From an uncultured Gemmatimonadales bacterium (lineage in GTDB: Bacteria; Gemmatimonadota; Gemmatimonadetes; Gemmatimonadales; Gemmatimonadaceae), in NCBI GenBank assembly GCA_963707505.1, contig CAVPQB010000006.1:704001-768000 (forward strand): 64,000 nt of DNA, read 5' to 3'. The notes under the pieces are model-generated. The model did no database searches and was not told the origin of the DNA. It was given only the letters and a program-made list of their open reading frames with translations. Shown piece after piece: positions 10,360 through 21,444 of the stretch (position 1 is its first letter; the number at the start of each line of letters is the position of its first letter). A program made the position numbers and the translations under genes.

Positions 10360-13300
10360 ATGCAAATCCATCCGTCGCTGCTTCGGTTTGCGATAGCCCT
10401 GATCCTTGCGGTTCCCCTCCTTCTGGTTGCAAGACCCGCTGCAGCCCAGCAAGCGGACGTCATTCGCGGCCTCATTACAGGGCGGGACGGTGTTGCGATC
10501 GCCGGCGTTCGAGTGACTGTGACGTCGGTCTCGGGAAACGTCAGCCGCACTGCTCGAACGGACAACAGCGGGCGCTTCACGGTGATCTTTCCCGGTGGCG
10601 AGGGCGACTACTTCGTTGGCCTCGCGATTCTCGGCTTCGCCCCGAAACGGTTCGAGATCAAGCGCTCGGCTGACGAAGAGATTCTCATCGCCGACGCGAC
10701 GATGAACACCGCCGTCACGCAGCTCGACACGGTACAGGTCGGCGCCGGCCGCAAGCCACCGCCACGCGGCGTTGCGACGCCGGACATCAGTGGCACCGAG
10801 CATAATGTCGACGTCCGGAACGTCGATCCTGCGCAGCAAGGCGATCTGGCGGCGATGGCAGCCAGCATTCCGGGTGTAACACTCGTCCCGGGTGCGGACG
10901 GAGACCCGTCCGGCTTCTCCGTACTCGGACTCTCGCCCGATCAGAACGCCACGACACTCAATGGGATGTCGTACAACGGGTCGAACGTTCCGCGCGATGC
11001 CGGGATCTCCACGTCGGTCGTGACGAATCCGTACGACGTGTCGCGCGGTGGCTTCGCAGGCGCGCAGCTCAACGTGCGCTCGCAGCCTGGCTCCAACTAC
11101 ATCACACGCTACACCAGCGCGAATGTGGACGCACCAGCGCTCCAGTGGACCGACGCGTCCGGCCGCGCGCTGGGACAACAGTACGGCAACGTGTCACTTG
11201 GCGGCCGGGTGTCCGGGCCACTCGTCTTCGACAAGGCGTTCTATAATCTTGCATTTCAGGCGGGGCGAAGAGCGAGCGACCTGCGCTCACTGATCAGCAC
11301 CGATGCGCTCGGATTGCAATCAGCAGGCGTGAGTCTCGACTCGGTAACGCGTCTCGTCAGTCTGTTGAATCGGGCCGGAGTGCCGCTCGCCGCGCCTCAG
11401 ATCGGTTCCAGCCGCGAAACGGATCAGGCTTCTCTCTTCGGATCCTTCGACTTCGCTCCGCCAAGCTCCACTCGCGGGACGGCGGTCAACGTAACGGTGA
11501 GCGCCAACCTGACGAGTCTGTCACCCGCGAGCGCAATGAATACGGAAGTGCCGGCGCACGGCGGCGATCGCAAGTCCGCGCAGGGCGCGCTGCAGGTGGG
11601 ACACAGTACGTATTTCGGTGTGGGTGTTCTGTCGGAAACGCAGGCAAGCGTCTCGACGTCCGCCAATCACGGTGACCCATTCACAGCGTTGCCCAGTGCG
11701 AGCGTGCTCGTGGGATCGACGTTCGCCGATGGGAGCAGCGTAGTCCGTAACATTGGCTTCGGCGGGAACCCGTTCCTCGGTACCCGCCAGTCCACGACGA
11801 CTGCGGGACTCATGAATCAGCTCTCGTGGTTCAGCACGAACAACAAGCACCGCATCAAGCTCACGAGCGAGCTTCGCAACGACGCCTACTCGCAGGACCA
11901 GACGACGAACGCGCTGGGCACGTTCACGTTCAATTCGCTCGCCGATCTCGATGCGAATCAGCCGACATCTTTCACGCGTCAGTTGTCGCGACGCGTGAGA
12001 AGTGGCAACGATCACATCGAAGCGTTGTCGCTGGGCGATGCGTACAGGCCGAGCACCACGTTGCAGTTGCAGTATGGATTGCGTCTCGATGCCAACCAGT
12101 TCAACACGCAGCCCGTCGCAAACCCCGACGTCGCGCGAATTTTCGGAAACTCGAACGATCACGTTCCGAGTCATGCGTATGTGAGTCCGCGGCTCGGCTT
12201 CTCGTGGGCATATGGAACCGGAGCGCAGATCGCGGCTTTCGCCGGAGCAGCGCGTGGACCACGCGCGGTTGTCCGCGGGGGCGTTGGAGTATTTCAGGGC
12301 GTTCCGCAGGCGACGCTCATCGGTGCTGCGCTGGACAACACCGGCCTGCCGGGAAGCGTTCAGCAGGTGTTCTGCGTGGGCCCTGCGACGCCGGTACCCG
12401 ACTGGTCCGCGTACATCGCGAGCATCAACAGCGTACCGACCGCATGTGCAGACGGTACGAGCGGCACCCCGTTCGCGAACACGGCGCCGTCGGTGACGCT
12501 ATTCGATAGAAGCTACACAGCGCCGCGCAGCGTCCGATCGAATCTGCAGTGGAACGGCGCGGTGTTGAACAACCGCTTCAACGCGAGCTTCGAAGGCGTC
12601 CTGTCGGTCAATCAGCGTCAGCCGAGCTTCGTGGATCTGAATTTCAAGGGTGTACAGCAGTTCGTGCTGCCTGGAGAGGCGAACCGCCCGGTGTATGTGT
12701 CGCCCGCGAGCATCGTCGCAAGCACGGGGTCCATCGGTGGAACGGACGGACGTGTGTCGCCGCTGTTCTCACGCGTGACAGCGCTTCGCTCCGATCTGAC
12801 GTCACAGAGCCGGCAGTTCACCGTACGGTTGTCGCCGGTCGGTTTCAATACTCATTTCGCCTGGAGCCTCGCATACGTTCTCTCGGATGTGCGGGAGCAG
12901 GCGCGCGGATTCACAAGCGCGTCGGGTGACCCGCGCGACGTCGAGCAATCCCGGTCCACGTTCGACTCGAGGCATCAGATCACGTACAGTTTCGTGTATA
13001 ACGCGCTCGACTGGGTGCGCATGACCTGGTTTGGTAATCTTCGCTCGGGGACGCCATTCACTCCGCAGGTAGCTGGAGACATAAACGGGGATGGATACTC
13101 GAACGACCGTGCATTCATCTTCGATCCTGCACGGAGCACCGATCCTGTAGCGGCCGCGATACACTCGCTTGTCACGAGCGGGTCGAGCGAGGCCCGCCGT
13201 TGCCTTGTTTCGCAGCTGGGTCAGATCGCGCGGAGAAACAGCTGCGAGGGGCCGTGGACTTCGACGGCATCGCTCTCGTTCGCGTTCAATCCGCTGAAGG

Positions 13301-14088
13301 TGAGACTTCCGCAGCGCGCGCAGCTGTCGTTTGCAGTCTCGAATCCACTCGGCGCCGCGGATCTGCTGTTGCACGGCGAGAACAACCTGCGCGGTTGGGG
13401 GCAGTTGGCAATACCGGATCAGACGTTGCTCTATGTCCGCGGCTTCGATCCGGTTTCGCGCAGTTACAGGTACGACGTCAATCAGCGCTTCGGCGCGACG
13501 AATGCTGCGTTCTCCGCGATCCGCGCGCCCGTTACGTTGACCGCGATGCTACGGGTGGACATCGGTCCGTCGCGTGAGCGCCAACTCCTTACGCAGCAGC
13601 TCGACCGTGGACGAACGCAGCCAGGCCAGAAGGTGAGTGAGACGATCCTCAAGATCACTCATGGAAGTAGCGATGTCCCCAACCCAATGACGTCGATACT
13701 CCAGCAGGCCGATACGTTGCATCTCACGGGGCGCCAGGCGGACAGTCTCGCCACTTTGAATCGCTGGTACTCCATAAAGCGTGACTCGATATGGAATCCC
13801 GTGTCGATATATCTGGCAGCGCTGCCCGATCACTACGACCAGGGCGAGGCCTATGCGCATTATCGGCGGGCACGCGAGGCTTCGGTGGATCTGCTGGTTC
13901 CACTGGTTCCGAAGGTTCGGGGCGTACTCACAGCGGCGCAGCTGCGATTGCTGCCGGACTACATACGCGCTTATCTCGACACTCAGTATCTCGCATCGAT
14001 TCGCTCCGGAACGATGGGAGTTGGTGGCAATGCCAGTCTCTTTCCATCGCCGCCGGGCGGTGGTCAGCAGACCTTCATCATGCGATGA
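10360..14088 (+). CDS. TonB-dependent-receptor-like outer-membrane protein with N-terminal carboxypeptidase-regulatory-like domain
   Basis: Signal peptide, IRGLITGRDG..RTDNSGRF, plug-like YDVSRGGFAG, beta-rich body, GDINGDGYSND. Confidence 0.75.
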   Translation: MQIHPSLLRFAIALILAVPLLLVARPAAAQQADVIRGLITGRDGVAIAGVRVTVTSVSGNVSRTARTDNSGRFTVIFPGGEGDYFVGLAILGFAPKRFEIKRSADEEILIADATMNTAVTQLDTVQVGAGRKPPPRGVATPDISGTEHNVDVRNVDPAQQGDLAAMAASIPGVTLVPGADGDPSGFSVLGLSPDQNATTLNGMSYNGSNVPRDAGISTSVVTNPYDVSRGGFAGAQLNVRSQPGSNYITRYTSANVDAPALQWTDASGRALGQQYGNVSLGGRVSGPLVFDKAFYNLAFQAGRRASDLRSLISTDALGLQSAGVSLDSVTRLVSLLNRAGVPLAAPQIGSSRETDQASLFGSFDFAPPSSTRGTAVNVTVSANLTSLSPASAMNTEVPAHGGDRKSAQGALQVGHSTYFGVGVLSETQASVSTSANHGDPFTALPSASVLVGSTFADGSSVVRNIGFGGNPFLGTRQSTTTAGLMNQLSWFSTNNKHRIKLTSELRNDAYSQDQTTNALGTFTFNSLADLDANQPTSFTRQLSRRVRSGNDHIEALSLGDAYRPSTTLQLQYGLRLDANQFNTQPVANPDVARIFGNSNDHVPSHAYVSPRLGFSWAYGTGAQIAAFAGAARGPRAVVRGGVGVFQGVPQATLIGAALDNTGLPGSVQQVFCVGPATPVPDWSAYIASINSVPTACADGTSGTPFANTAPSVTLFDRSYTAPRSVRSNLQWNGAVLNNRFNASFEGVLSVNQRQPSFVDLNFKGVQQFVLPGEANRPVYVSPASIVASTGSIGGTDGRVSPLFSRVTALRSDLTSQSRQFTVRLSPVGFNTHFAWSLAYVLSDVREQARGFTSASGDPRDVEQSRSTFDSRHQITYSFVYNALDWVRMTWFGNLRSGTPFTPQVAGDINGDGYSNDRAFIFDPARSTDPVAAAIHSLVTSGSSEARRCLVSQLGQIARRNSCEGPWTSTASLSFAFNPLKVRLPQRAQLSFAVSNPLGAADLLLHGENNLRGWGQLAIPDQTLLYVRGFDPVSRSYRYDVNQRFGATNAAFSAIRAPVTLTAMLRVDIGPSRERQLLTQQLDRGRTQPGQKVSETILKITHGSSDVPNPMTSILQQADTLHLTGRQADSLATLNRWYSIKRDSIWNPVSIYLAALPDHYDQGEAYAHYRRAREASVDLLVPLVPKVRGVLTAAQLRLLPDYIRAYLDTQYLASIRSGTMGVGGNASLFPSPPGGGQQTFIMR

Positions 14089-15440
14089 CGCGTACCGTCA
14101 TCGCTCACTGGAGCTCGATCATGTCGATCCATTCACGCTTCTTCATCACGCTGACGCTGGCTGGCGGTCCTCTTGTTGCGCAGAGTACGCTGCCGCCGGT
14201 ACGGCCACTCGGACAGATTACTGTGGCATCTCCGTCGGAGTTTGCGAGCATATCGTCGGTGCGCGCGTTATCGGATGGAAGCGTACTCGTGAACGACCTG
14301 ACTGGGCGCAAGGTCACGCTGCTCGATCCCACGTTCGCACACAGCACTGTCATCGCCGATTCGACGAGCGCAACATCGATGGCATACAGCTCCCGACTCG
14401 GCGGCCTCATCGCATATCACGGTGACACGACGCTGTTCGTGGATCCGCAATCCATGTCGATGCTGGTGCTTGACGGAGCTGGCAAGGTTGCAAGAGTGAT
14501 GTCGGTGCCGAAGGCGCAGGACGCAACATTTCTGATCGGCGGACCATTCGGCAACCCGGGCATGGACCCTTCAGGGCGCCTCGTGTATCGCACGATGCTG
14601 CGGCCGAACTTCGCGCCGCCGGGTCCTGACGGCAAGGTCGTTGCGCCTGTGTCGATAGACTCCGCGCCGATAATCCGGTTCGATCTCAACGAGCGGCGCG
14701 CGGACACTGCCGGTTACATCAAGGTTCCTGCACCTCGCGTGAGCATCAACTCCAGCGAAGGGAGAATGCGGGTAACGATGCAGATGAACCCGCTGAGCGT
14801 AACAGATGAGTGGGCGCTTCTGCCTGATGGAAACATCGCCGTCGTTCGAGGTGCGGACTTTCGCATCGACCTGTTGAAGTCGGATGGCACAGTGGTGAAG
14901 GGAGAGAAGATACCGTTCGAATGGCAGCGCTTGAGCGACTCGAGCAAGCAGGCGATTGTCGATTCCACACGAAAGATCGTCGAAGAGGCGCGCACACGGC
15001 AGCTCGCCATCATGCAGGGGAATGCGTCAGCGACAACGGGATCGGCGAGCAGCGCAGCGCCGTCTGGAGGAGCCGTGTTCCAGATGCGCGTCGAGGGTGG
15101 GCCGCCGGCGGCGGGAGCTCCGGCGACGCGGTCAGGTGGAACATCGATCGAAATCCCACCAGTTGAGTTCGCGCCACTGTCGGAGATGCCGGACTACCGG
15201 CCTGCGTTCTCCGCTGGCGCGGTGCGCGCAGATGCGGATGGTAACCTCTGGATCCGTACCTCCAGCGTGTTCAACGGGGCACAGGTCTACGACGTGGTGA
15301 ACAGCAGCGGGCAGCTCGTCGACCGCGTCCAGCTTCCAGCCGGTCGCACGATCGCTGGGTTTGGCAAGGGAGGTTTCGTTTACCTTGCCGTGCGCGACGG
15401 AACCGCCGGCGTGAGACTCGAGAAGGCGCGGACGAAGTAG
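14085..15440 (+). CDS. Exported hypothetical protein, probably a beta-propeller
   Basis: ATGA overlap with the upstream stop (alternative ATG 14121); VRALSDGSVLV, ADADGNLWIRT, YDVVNSSGQLVDRVQLP. Confidence 0.7.
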   Translation: MTRTVIAHWSSIMSIHSRFFITLTLAGGPLVAQSTLPPVRPLGQITVASPSEFASISSVRALSDGSVLVNDLTGRKVTLLDPTFAHSTVIADSTSATSMAYSSRLGGLIAYHGDTTLFVDPQSMSMLVLDGAGKVARVMSVPKAQDATFLIGGPFGNPGMDPSGRLVYRTMLRPNFAPPGPDGKVVAPVSIDSAPIIRFDLNERRADTAGYIKVPAPRVSINSSEGRMRVTMQMNPLSVTDEWALLPDGNIAVVRGADFRIDLLKSDGTVVKGEKIPFEWQRLSDSSKQAIVDSTRKIVEEARTRQLAIMQGNASATTGSASSAAPSGGAVFQMRVEGGPPAAGAPATRSGGTSIEIPPVEFAPLSEMPDYRPAFSAGAVRADADGNLWIRTSSVFNGAQVYDVVNSSGQLVDRVQLPAGRTIAGFGKGGFVYLAVRDGTAGVRLEKARTK

Positions 15441-15506
15441 CGAGTTGCTCCGACTGGGCCTGATTGAATTATCGGTGTTTCCGTTTTGTAGGGTTGCGTG
15501 TGGACA

Positions 15507-15863
15507 TTACTTGGAGCGTTCCCGCGATAAAGCGACTGCAACGCGGCCGATGAGGTCGTAAGGGATTGGCGCGTCCAGGGGAAATTTGAGATTGCCCTTC
15601 TCGCCGCGGTACGGAAGTAGCGCTTTCTGGAGCTTGGTATCTCCCTTTAACGGCGGGTAAACGCCAATGTGCTTCTTGAACGCGGCAAAATAGATGAATA
15701 CTTCGTTCAACCTGAACGCTGGCAACTGATAACTGATAGTCTCAATCGCTGCCGGAACCCTGGCTTTCACGATCTGTCGGATCTCTTCGATAATGATTCG
15801 CGAAGCGTGAGGCAGCGATGCGAGATAGCCATCGATGGTAGTGAACCTGGGTTGTTTTTCCAT
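15507..15863 (-). CDS. DUF1801 (YdhG-like) protein
   Basis: TIDGYLA..ETISYQLPAF..FAAFKKHIGVYP..KGNLKFPLDAPIPYDLI. Confidence 0.88.
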   Translation of the reverse strand: MEKQPRFTTIDGYLASLPHASRIIIEEIRQIVKARVPAAIETISYQLPAFRLNEVFIYFAAFKKHIGVYPPLKGDTKLQKALLPYRGEKGNLKFPLDAPIPYDLIGRVAVALSRERSK

Positions 15864-15896
15864 GAGCTCTCTTTCGATGTATGGCGCCGGACGGCG

Positions 15897-17795
15897 TTAC
15901 TGCGTACTGCCAACCACCGGCAGCACGATGTGCGACGGCAGCGCCTGCGATACATACACACGCTGCGTCGCCTTTTGAAAATCGTTTTCCTTCGCGTCGT
16001 AGATACTCGATACGAAACGCTGCGGGTTGCGGTCGATGAGCGGGAACCAGGTCGACTGCACCTGAACCATCAGACGATGCCCCTGCTTGAACACGTGGTC
16101 GCGGTCGCGTAGCGGGATCTTCCATTCCACGGGCTTGTTTGCCGGCAGCGCGCTCGGGTGCTCGTAGCTCGTGTTGTACCGCCCGCGGCGAACTTCCATC
16201 GCGATCGGCAGCTCGTAACCGTTCAGGGACTGCGCGTATGCACGTGGCGCCGGTCCAGCATCGGGGTTCCACGCATTCGGCTGCGCGTTCTCCGGAAAGA
16301 CGTCGATCAGCTTGACGACGAAGTCGGCGTCCGTCCCGCTCGTCGAGGCGAAGAGATCGGCAGCGACGGCACCGGTGATCGTGAGATCGTGTTCGAGCGG
16401 CGCGCTCGTGAACGTGAGCACGTCGGGTCGTCCGTCCACGAACCGCTGGTCGGCAACTTCCCACGTGCGCCAGTCACCCGCGGGATACGTCGGCGAAATC
16501 GGTCGCGCGCGGTATGGCACGGGGTTCGCCGGATCGGAGACGTACTCGCGATATGCTGCCGCTCCAGCCGCGGGAGCGGTGAACGATAGCGTGCCGTCGG
16601 CGTGCAGGTACAGATTGGTGTTCCGCGCGCCAGGCGCCGGCCAGGTCGCATAAGTTCGCCAGCTATTCGATCCCGACTGGAACGTCGTCGCCTTCCACGT
16701 TGGTTTCGCGCCTTCGCCGTGCAGGTAGTAGCGGAAGAACGGCGCCTCGATGTTCTCGCGAAATTCGCGCGCGGTTTCGTGTCCGCCGAGCGGGATGGCG
16801 CCGATGCTGTCACCCCTTGGCGACTGCCATTCGCCGTGATACCACGGACCTGCGACGATGAAGTTGGTGTTGTCCGGATCGTGCTCCGCTGCATGGCGGA
16901 ATATCTGCCACGGGCCCCACGGATCTTCCTGATCGAAGAAGCCGGCGACGTTCAGGTTGGGGACCGTAGAAGCGTGCAACTGATTTACCCACGCCTCACG
17001 CTTCCAGAACGCGTCGTAGTCGGGGTGCTTGACGACGTCGTTCCAGTATGGAATGGAGCCGTGCAAGTACTTCGCGTTGATGTTGGAGATCGGGCCGAGA
17101 TTCAGGTACCACGAGTAGCCGTCGTAAGTATCGAAGTCGAAATGCGTATTCTTGAACTTGTCGGCCTGCTCGTAGACAGCATATTCGAATGCGTAGCTCA
17201 GTCGCAGCGCACCGTAACGGTGGTCATCGTCGTTCATCCACTGGTCCACGGGCGATGCCTGCTCGCTTATCGCCTTGAGCGCCGGATGCGGATGCAGCAG
17301 CGCGAGCGCCGCAGTGAGTCCGTCGTACGACACGCCGTACATTCCAACTTTCCCGTTGTTGTTCGGCACGTGCTTGACGAGCCAGTCGATGCTGTCGTAT
17401 GCATCGGTGGTCTCGTTCGTCGCTCTGGGATCGTTCAGGTCCACCTGCGACGAGAGGAGAAAAGTGCCCTCCGACTTGAATCGGCCACGCAGGTTCTGGA
17501 TGACGAAGATGTACCCATCGTGCGCGAGCTCGCGAAGGTTTGCGGGCAGCTGCCGGTACGGACCGTCGGGCACACCGTAGGGTGTACGCCGGAAAAGAAT
17601 CGGCAGCGGGCCGCTCTGATTTGCCGGCGCGAGGATAACGGTCTGCAGATGCACACCGTCGCGCACGGGGATCATCACTTCCTGATACGTGAATGGTGCG
17701 TCGGCGTTGGTATTCTGCGCGGCCAGCGAGCCGCACGGAATAGCCAGTAGCACAGCGAGAAGCGACGGGACGATCGTGCGGACGGGGAGGCGCAT
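15897..17795 (-). CDS. CocE/NonD-family hydrolase (alpha-amino-acid ester hydrolase-like)
   Basis: RTPYG, RGRFKSEG, nucleophile motif GVSYDG, GPWYHG, VQSTWFPLIDRNPQ. Confidence 0.92.
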   Translation of the reverse strand: MRLPVRTIVPSLLAVLLAIPCGSLAAQNTNADAPFTYQEVMIPVRDGVHLQTVILAPANQSGPLPILFRRTPYGVPDGPYRQLPANLRELAHDGYIFVIQNLRGRFKSEGTFLLSSQVDLNDPRATNETTDAYDSIDWLVKHVPNNNGKVGMYGVSYDGLTAALALLHPHPALKAISEQASPVDQWMNDDDHRYGALRLSYAFEYAVYEQADKFKNTHFDFDTYDGYSWYLNLGPISNINAKYLHGSIPYWNDVVKHPDYDAFWKREAWVNQLHASTVPNLNVAGFFDQEDPWGPWQIFRHAAEHDPDNTNFIVAGPWYHGEWQSPRGDSIGAIPLGGHETAREFRENIEAPFFRYYLHGEGAKPTWKATTFQSGSNSWRTYATWPAPGARNTNLYLHADGTLSFTAPAAGAAAYREYVSDPANPVPYRARPISPTYPAGDWRTWEVADQRFVDGRPDVLTFTSAPLEHDLTITGAVAADLFASTSGTDADFVVKLIDVFPENAQPNAWNPDAGPAPRAYAQSLNGYELPIAMEVRRGRYNTSYEHPSALPANKPVEWKIPLRDRDHVFKQGHRLMVQVQSTWFPLIDRNPQRFVSSIYDAKENDFQKATQRVYVSQALPSHIVLPVVGSTQ

Positions 17796-17927
17796 GACGA
17801 CCGGAGTTTGGGTAATTGTGATAATATCCGCGCCGCCGGGATGATTGGTAAGAACTGTGCCGCTACGTTATCATCTGGCGGCGTTTGGCAACTCGCTCAA
17901 TCGTCGACGGACACGCGCAGCGCGCGC

Positions 17928-20900
17928 TTACTTCGCCGTCGAAACTCTCGCCAGTCGCTTCCTTACATCCGCTACCTGCGGCTGGAGATCGGGATCGGCG
18001 TTCTTCCAGAGATCCACGAACGCGGCATAGTGTGTAGCGGCGCGCGCACGATCGCCCCTGGCCTCGTACAGCTCGCCCAGCCGCCGCTGCACAAGGGGTA
18101 AATTCACCATGTCGTTGCCAAGCCGCTCGATGGTCTGGCAATGAAGGTATTGCTCGAACGTCGCTATGGTGGAGTCGGGCATGTTTGCCCTGTCAAATGC
18201 GCGGCCGGTATTGTACAGGACAGTCGACGGATCCTCGTTCACCGGCCCATCGGGAAGGTTATCAGCATTCCGGAATTCCGTGACTGCATCGCGCGCTCGA
18301 TTCTCCGTGAGCGCAATCTCGGCCTGGATCCGATGCGCATCTGGCTGACGATTACGCCGGGTGACCGTGTCTGCGATCTGCGCGATCTGAGCAAGCACAG
18401 CTCGCGCGCGATCGGTGCGTCCCAACGCAGCGTACGCGACGCCCAGGTCGCCGTATGGACGGTCCAGCTCGGGCAGTGATGCAAGGGGCAGCGCGGCAGT
18501 TACCGCGTCCAGTCGCTTCAATGCGCGATCGCGCTGTCCGCGCAGCCACCAGTCCATCATCGCGAAAGAGATCGAGTCCGTGAGCGGCGCGGTCGTGGAG
18601 AGACCGGCTTCGTGTTGCATCGCAGTGGCCTCGCCGTACAATCGTTGTCCCTCCGCGAGTCTGCCGTGAGTGATTGCAAACACGGACCTGTAGTTCCGCA
18701 TGGACTGCCGCAGCTCCGGACTCGCTGTAACACGGTCGACGCTGTCGGCAAGTCTTTCAGCGGCCGCGGCGTTACCCTCGGCGTACTTCGTCATTACCAT
18801 CGCCGAGAGTACTCCGGGTCCCGATGGGCTTTTCTCCAACGCGGTGGCCAACGCCGAATCCGCAGCAGAATTCTTGCCCTCCACGGCCAGCACGAACGCG
18901 AGGTTCGTTGCCGGGAGCGAATTGTTTGCTGCCTGGCGTACGGCTAAGCGAAACACCTGCTCCGCCTGCGCAAACTTGCGGAGGCCGTTGTAGTTCACGC
19001 CGAGGTTGTTCAAGGCGTACGACGAATCGCCGGTCGCGAGCAACGCCTGATACGCGGTGATGCTCTTTGGCCTGTCCATTCCTGCACCGGACCCGTAGTA
19101 GGTCCCTTCGGTCATGTACCGTTCCTGATCCGTGAGGCGTGACCGTAGTTGGAATGCCTTGAGAATTGCGGACGACATCGCCGATGGCGGGTATCCACCG
19201 TTGCCATAGGCCATGGCGAGTTTCCGCCAGGCCATCGCGAAGCCTGTATCGATGGTCACCGCCTGACGCAGGAGAGGAATCGCCTTCTGATAATCCTGCT
19301 GATCGTCAAATACCCGCGCACCCTCGGTGTACGCCTTGAGCGCGTCATATGAGGCAGTCGTCACCTGAGCAAGTGGCGGGCTGTTCTGTACACTTTTCAG
19401 TGACTCGCCGATCTTGCCGCGCAGCTTGCGCGTAACTTCGTCCACACCGCTGACGAGCTGAGACGGACCGTCGACGGTTGTCTGATACGACGCGAGCACA
19501 TCGCCGGAATCTGCGGAAACGAGCCGCAGCGCGATGACGAATCCATTGCCGAGTCCCGTTACGTCGCCGGTGACGATCGCCTTGATTCCCTCGCGTGCCG
19601 CAAGCTGGCGTGCCAGCGGTGGTGTCAGCGGTGCGGTGGGCGGCAGCTGCATTCGCGCGAGCGCCGAAGTGACACTCGCCGGACTGAAAAGAGTTATCGA
19701 GTTCGACTGACTCAGATTCTGCCGTACGCCCTCGGCGACGACGTGTCCCACACTCGAATCGGTGTGGCTCGTGGCGAAGTCCGCGATGAGAACGGGGTCG
19801 CGTTGAGTAAGCCGGCCCTCGGCGAGCAGCGATCCGACCGGTCCGATTCCGAACGCACGCATCACCATGAATGCGACCACGAGCACGGCGAAGGTACCGA
19901 GCGCGTACACACCGCCGCGTGTCGTACGCTGCCACGAAACGTGTGGGCTCGCGCGCAGTGCGATCGTTGCCATGGTTCCGTGCGCTTCCTGGCCGCCGCC
20001 AGGCGTGACCGCGGGCGTCGTCGTGAGCGCTCGACGCGTCACGCGCTGCACGTATCCCGTGAACAGTATCACCGGAAGACCGAGCGCCATCACGGCGAGC
20101 GCGCCCGGCATGACCCAGTCGGGCAGACCGATCGTGATCGTCGCGGCTCGCACGACAACCGTGACTACGATCACCGCAACCGCGTACGCAATGAGTGCGC
20201 GCCGGAACGCGCCTGGTCCTTGCAGCAGCACTGGCGGAAGCGACGGCACTCCCCACCCGCTGGTAACCACGTTCAGCGCGAGTATCACTTCAGCCGCGCT
20301 CTGCGGCCTGCCGTCGGCGTCCTTCGCGAGACAGCGCATCACCAGATCGCACAGTGCAGCCGGTGCATCGGGTCTGAGCGACGCGATGGGTTTCGGCGTC
20401 TCGCTGATCTGCGCTGCGAGCACGCGTTGCGGCGCGCGATCGTGAAATGGAGGATGACCCGCGAGAAGCTCGTATGCCATGCAGCCGAGCGCGTAGATGT
20501 CCGCGCGCGCATCGGTGTCCGGATCGCCGACCGCCTGTTCTGGCGCCATGTATGCTGGCGTCCCCATCGACGTGCCGAGCTGCGTGAGCGTCGCACCTGC
20601 GCCGCCCGTGCGCGATGCACTCAATGCCTTTGCGATTCCGAAGTCGGTGACGACCGCCGTGCCGCCAGATAGAAGAACGTTATCGGGCTTGATGTCGCGA
20701 TGCACGACCCCGCGCTCGTGCGCATACTGAAGTGCGCGCGACACGTCGCCAAGAATTCGTACGATGTCGAGTATCTGGAGCGCAGGCTGATGCCCGAGTC
20801 TGGCGCGCAAGGATTCGCCTTCGACGAACGGCATCGTATAGAACGGTAGCCCGTCGGTGTCGCCGGTCGAGAGCAGCGGTACGATGTTCGCCTGCTGCAG

Positions 20901-21107
20901 CGACGCCGCCAGTCTGATCTCCCGCTCGAATCGCTCGGCGCTGATCCCCGCTGCGAGCTCGGGCGAGAGCACCTTGACGACGACCTTTCGACCCAGCCGG
21001 AGCTCGTCGGCGAGGAAGACTTGCGACATTCCGCCGCCGCCGAGCTCGCGTTCGAGGACGTAGGAGCCTGCGAGGGTCGTCTGTAGTCGGTCGAAGATGT
21101 CAGCCAT
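17928..21107 (-). CDS. Membrane Ser/Thr protein kinase with C-terminal TPR region
   Basis: LGGGGMS, VVVKVL, HRDIKPDN, DFG, GTPAYMAPE; three hydrophobic segments, then TPR-like helices. Confidence 0.93.
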   Translation of the reverse strand: MADIFDRLQTTLAGSYVLERELGGGGMSQVFLADELRLGRKVVVKVLSPELAAGISAERFEREIRLAASLQQANIVPLLSTGDTDGLPFYTMPFVEGESLRARLGHQPALQILDIVRILGDVSRALQYAHERGVVHRDIKPDNVLLSGGTAVVTDFGIAKALSASRTGGAGATLTQLGTSMGTPAYMAPEQAVGDPDTDARADIYALGCMAYELLAGHPPFHDRAPQRVLAAQISETPKPIASLRPDAPAALCDLVMRCLAKDADGRPQSAAEVILALNVVTSGWGVPSLPPVLLQGPGAFRRALIAYAVAVIVVTVVVRAATITIGLPDWVMPGALAVMALGLPVILFTGYVQRVTRRALTTTPAVTPGGGQEAHGTMATIALRASPHVSWQRTTRGGVYALGTFAVLVVAFMVMRAFGIGPVGSLLAEGRLTQRDPVLIADFATSHTDSSVGHVVAEGVRQNLSQSNSITLFSPASVTSALARMQLPPTAPLTPPLARQLAAREGIKAIVTGDVTGLGNGFVIALRLVSADSGDVLASYQTTVDGPSQLVSGVDEVTRKLRGKIGESLKSVQNSPPLAQVTTASYDALKAYTEGARVFDDQQDYQKAIPLLRQAVTIDTGFAMAWRKLAMAYGNGGYPPSAMSSAILKAFQLRSRLTDQERYMTEGTYYGSGAGMDRPKSITAYQALLATGDSSYALNNLGVNYNGLRKFAQAEQVFRLAVRQAANNSLPATNLAFVLAVEGKNSAADSALATALEKSPSGPGVLSAMVMTKYAEGNAAAAERLADSVDRVTASPELRQSMRNYRSVFAITHGRLAEGQRLYGEATAMQHEAGLSTTAPLTDSISFAMMDWWLRGQRDRALKRLDAVTAALPLASLPELDRPYGDLGVAYAALGRTDRARAVLAQIAQIADTVTRRNRQPDAHRIQAEIALTENRARDAVTEFRNADNLPDGPVNEDPSTVLYNTGRAFDRANMPDSTIATFEQYLHCQTIERLGNDMVNLPLVQRRLGELYEARGDRARAATHYAAFVDLWKNADPDLQPQVADVRKRLARVSTAK

Positions 21108-21336
21108 ATGGCGACAGCGGATTTTGGGGAGCCAGCCTAGACGAATCTACGGGTTAATGCGGTGCGCGCCAGAGAGAAACGTCGAGCGCCGAGACCGCAC
21201 ATTTCTCGCGAAATCACGCTCGTGGCACCGGCGTATGCCCGGATGTGGAAGTCTACGTCGGGCATGCGACCCCGTTTCATCCATGCGATCCCACAGGATG
21301 CGGATAGCCCTTAACCCCGGCGTGAGGGTCTTGGTT

Positions 21337-21432
21337 GGGGTCAGGTCTTGCGCCGTGCGCAGCAGCCGGTCATTGCTGCCTTTCGCTACACCGTGCGTTG
21401 CTTTGACAGCGCACGGGGCAAGACCTGACCCC
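21337..21432. repeat. 96-bp palindromic REPIN/MITE-like element, copy 1 (inverted relative to copies 2 and 3)
   Basis: Arms GGGGTCAGGTCTTGCGCCGTGCGC / GCGCACGGGGCAAGACCTGACCCC (23/24 paired) around a 48-bp core. Confidence 0.9.
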
Positions 21433-21444
21433 GCAGCTGTCTTC

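Noticed and set aside
21136..21152. CCTAG-N6-CTACG upstream of the kinase as a PadR operator
   Set aside because: Imperfect match with different spacing; not distinguishable from chance.
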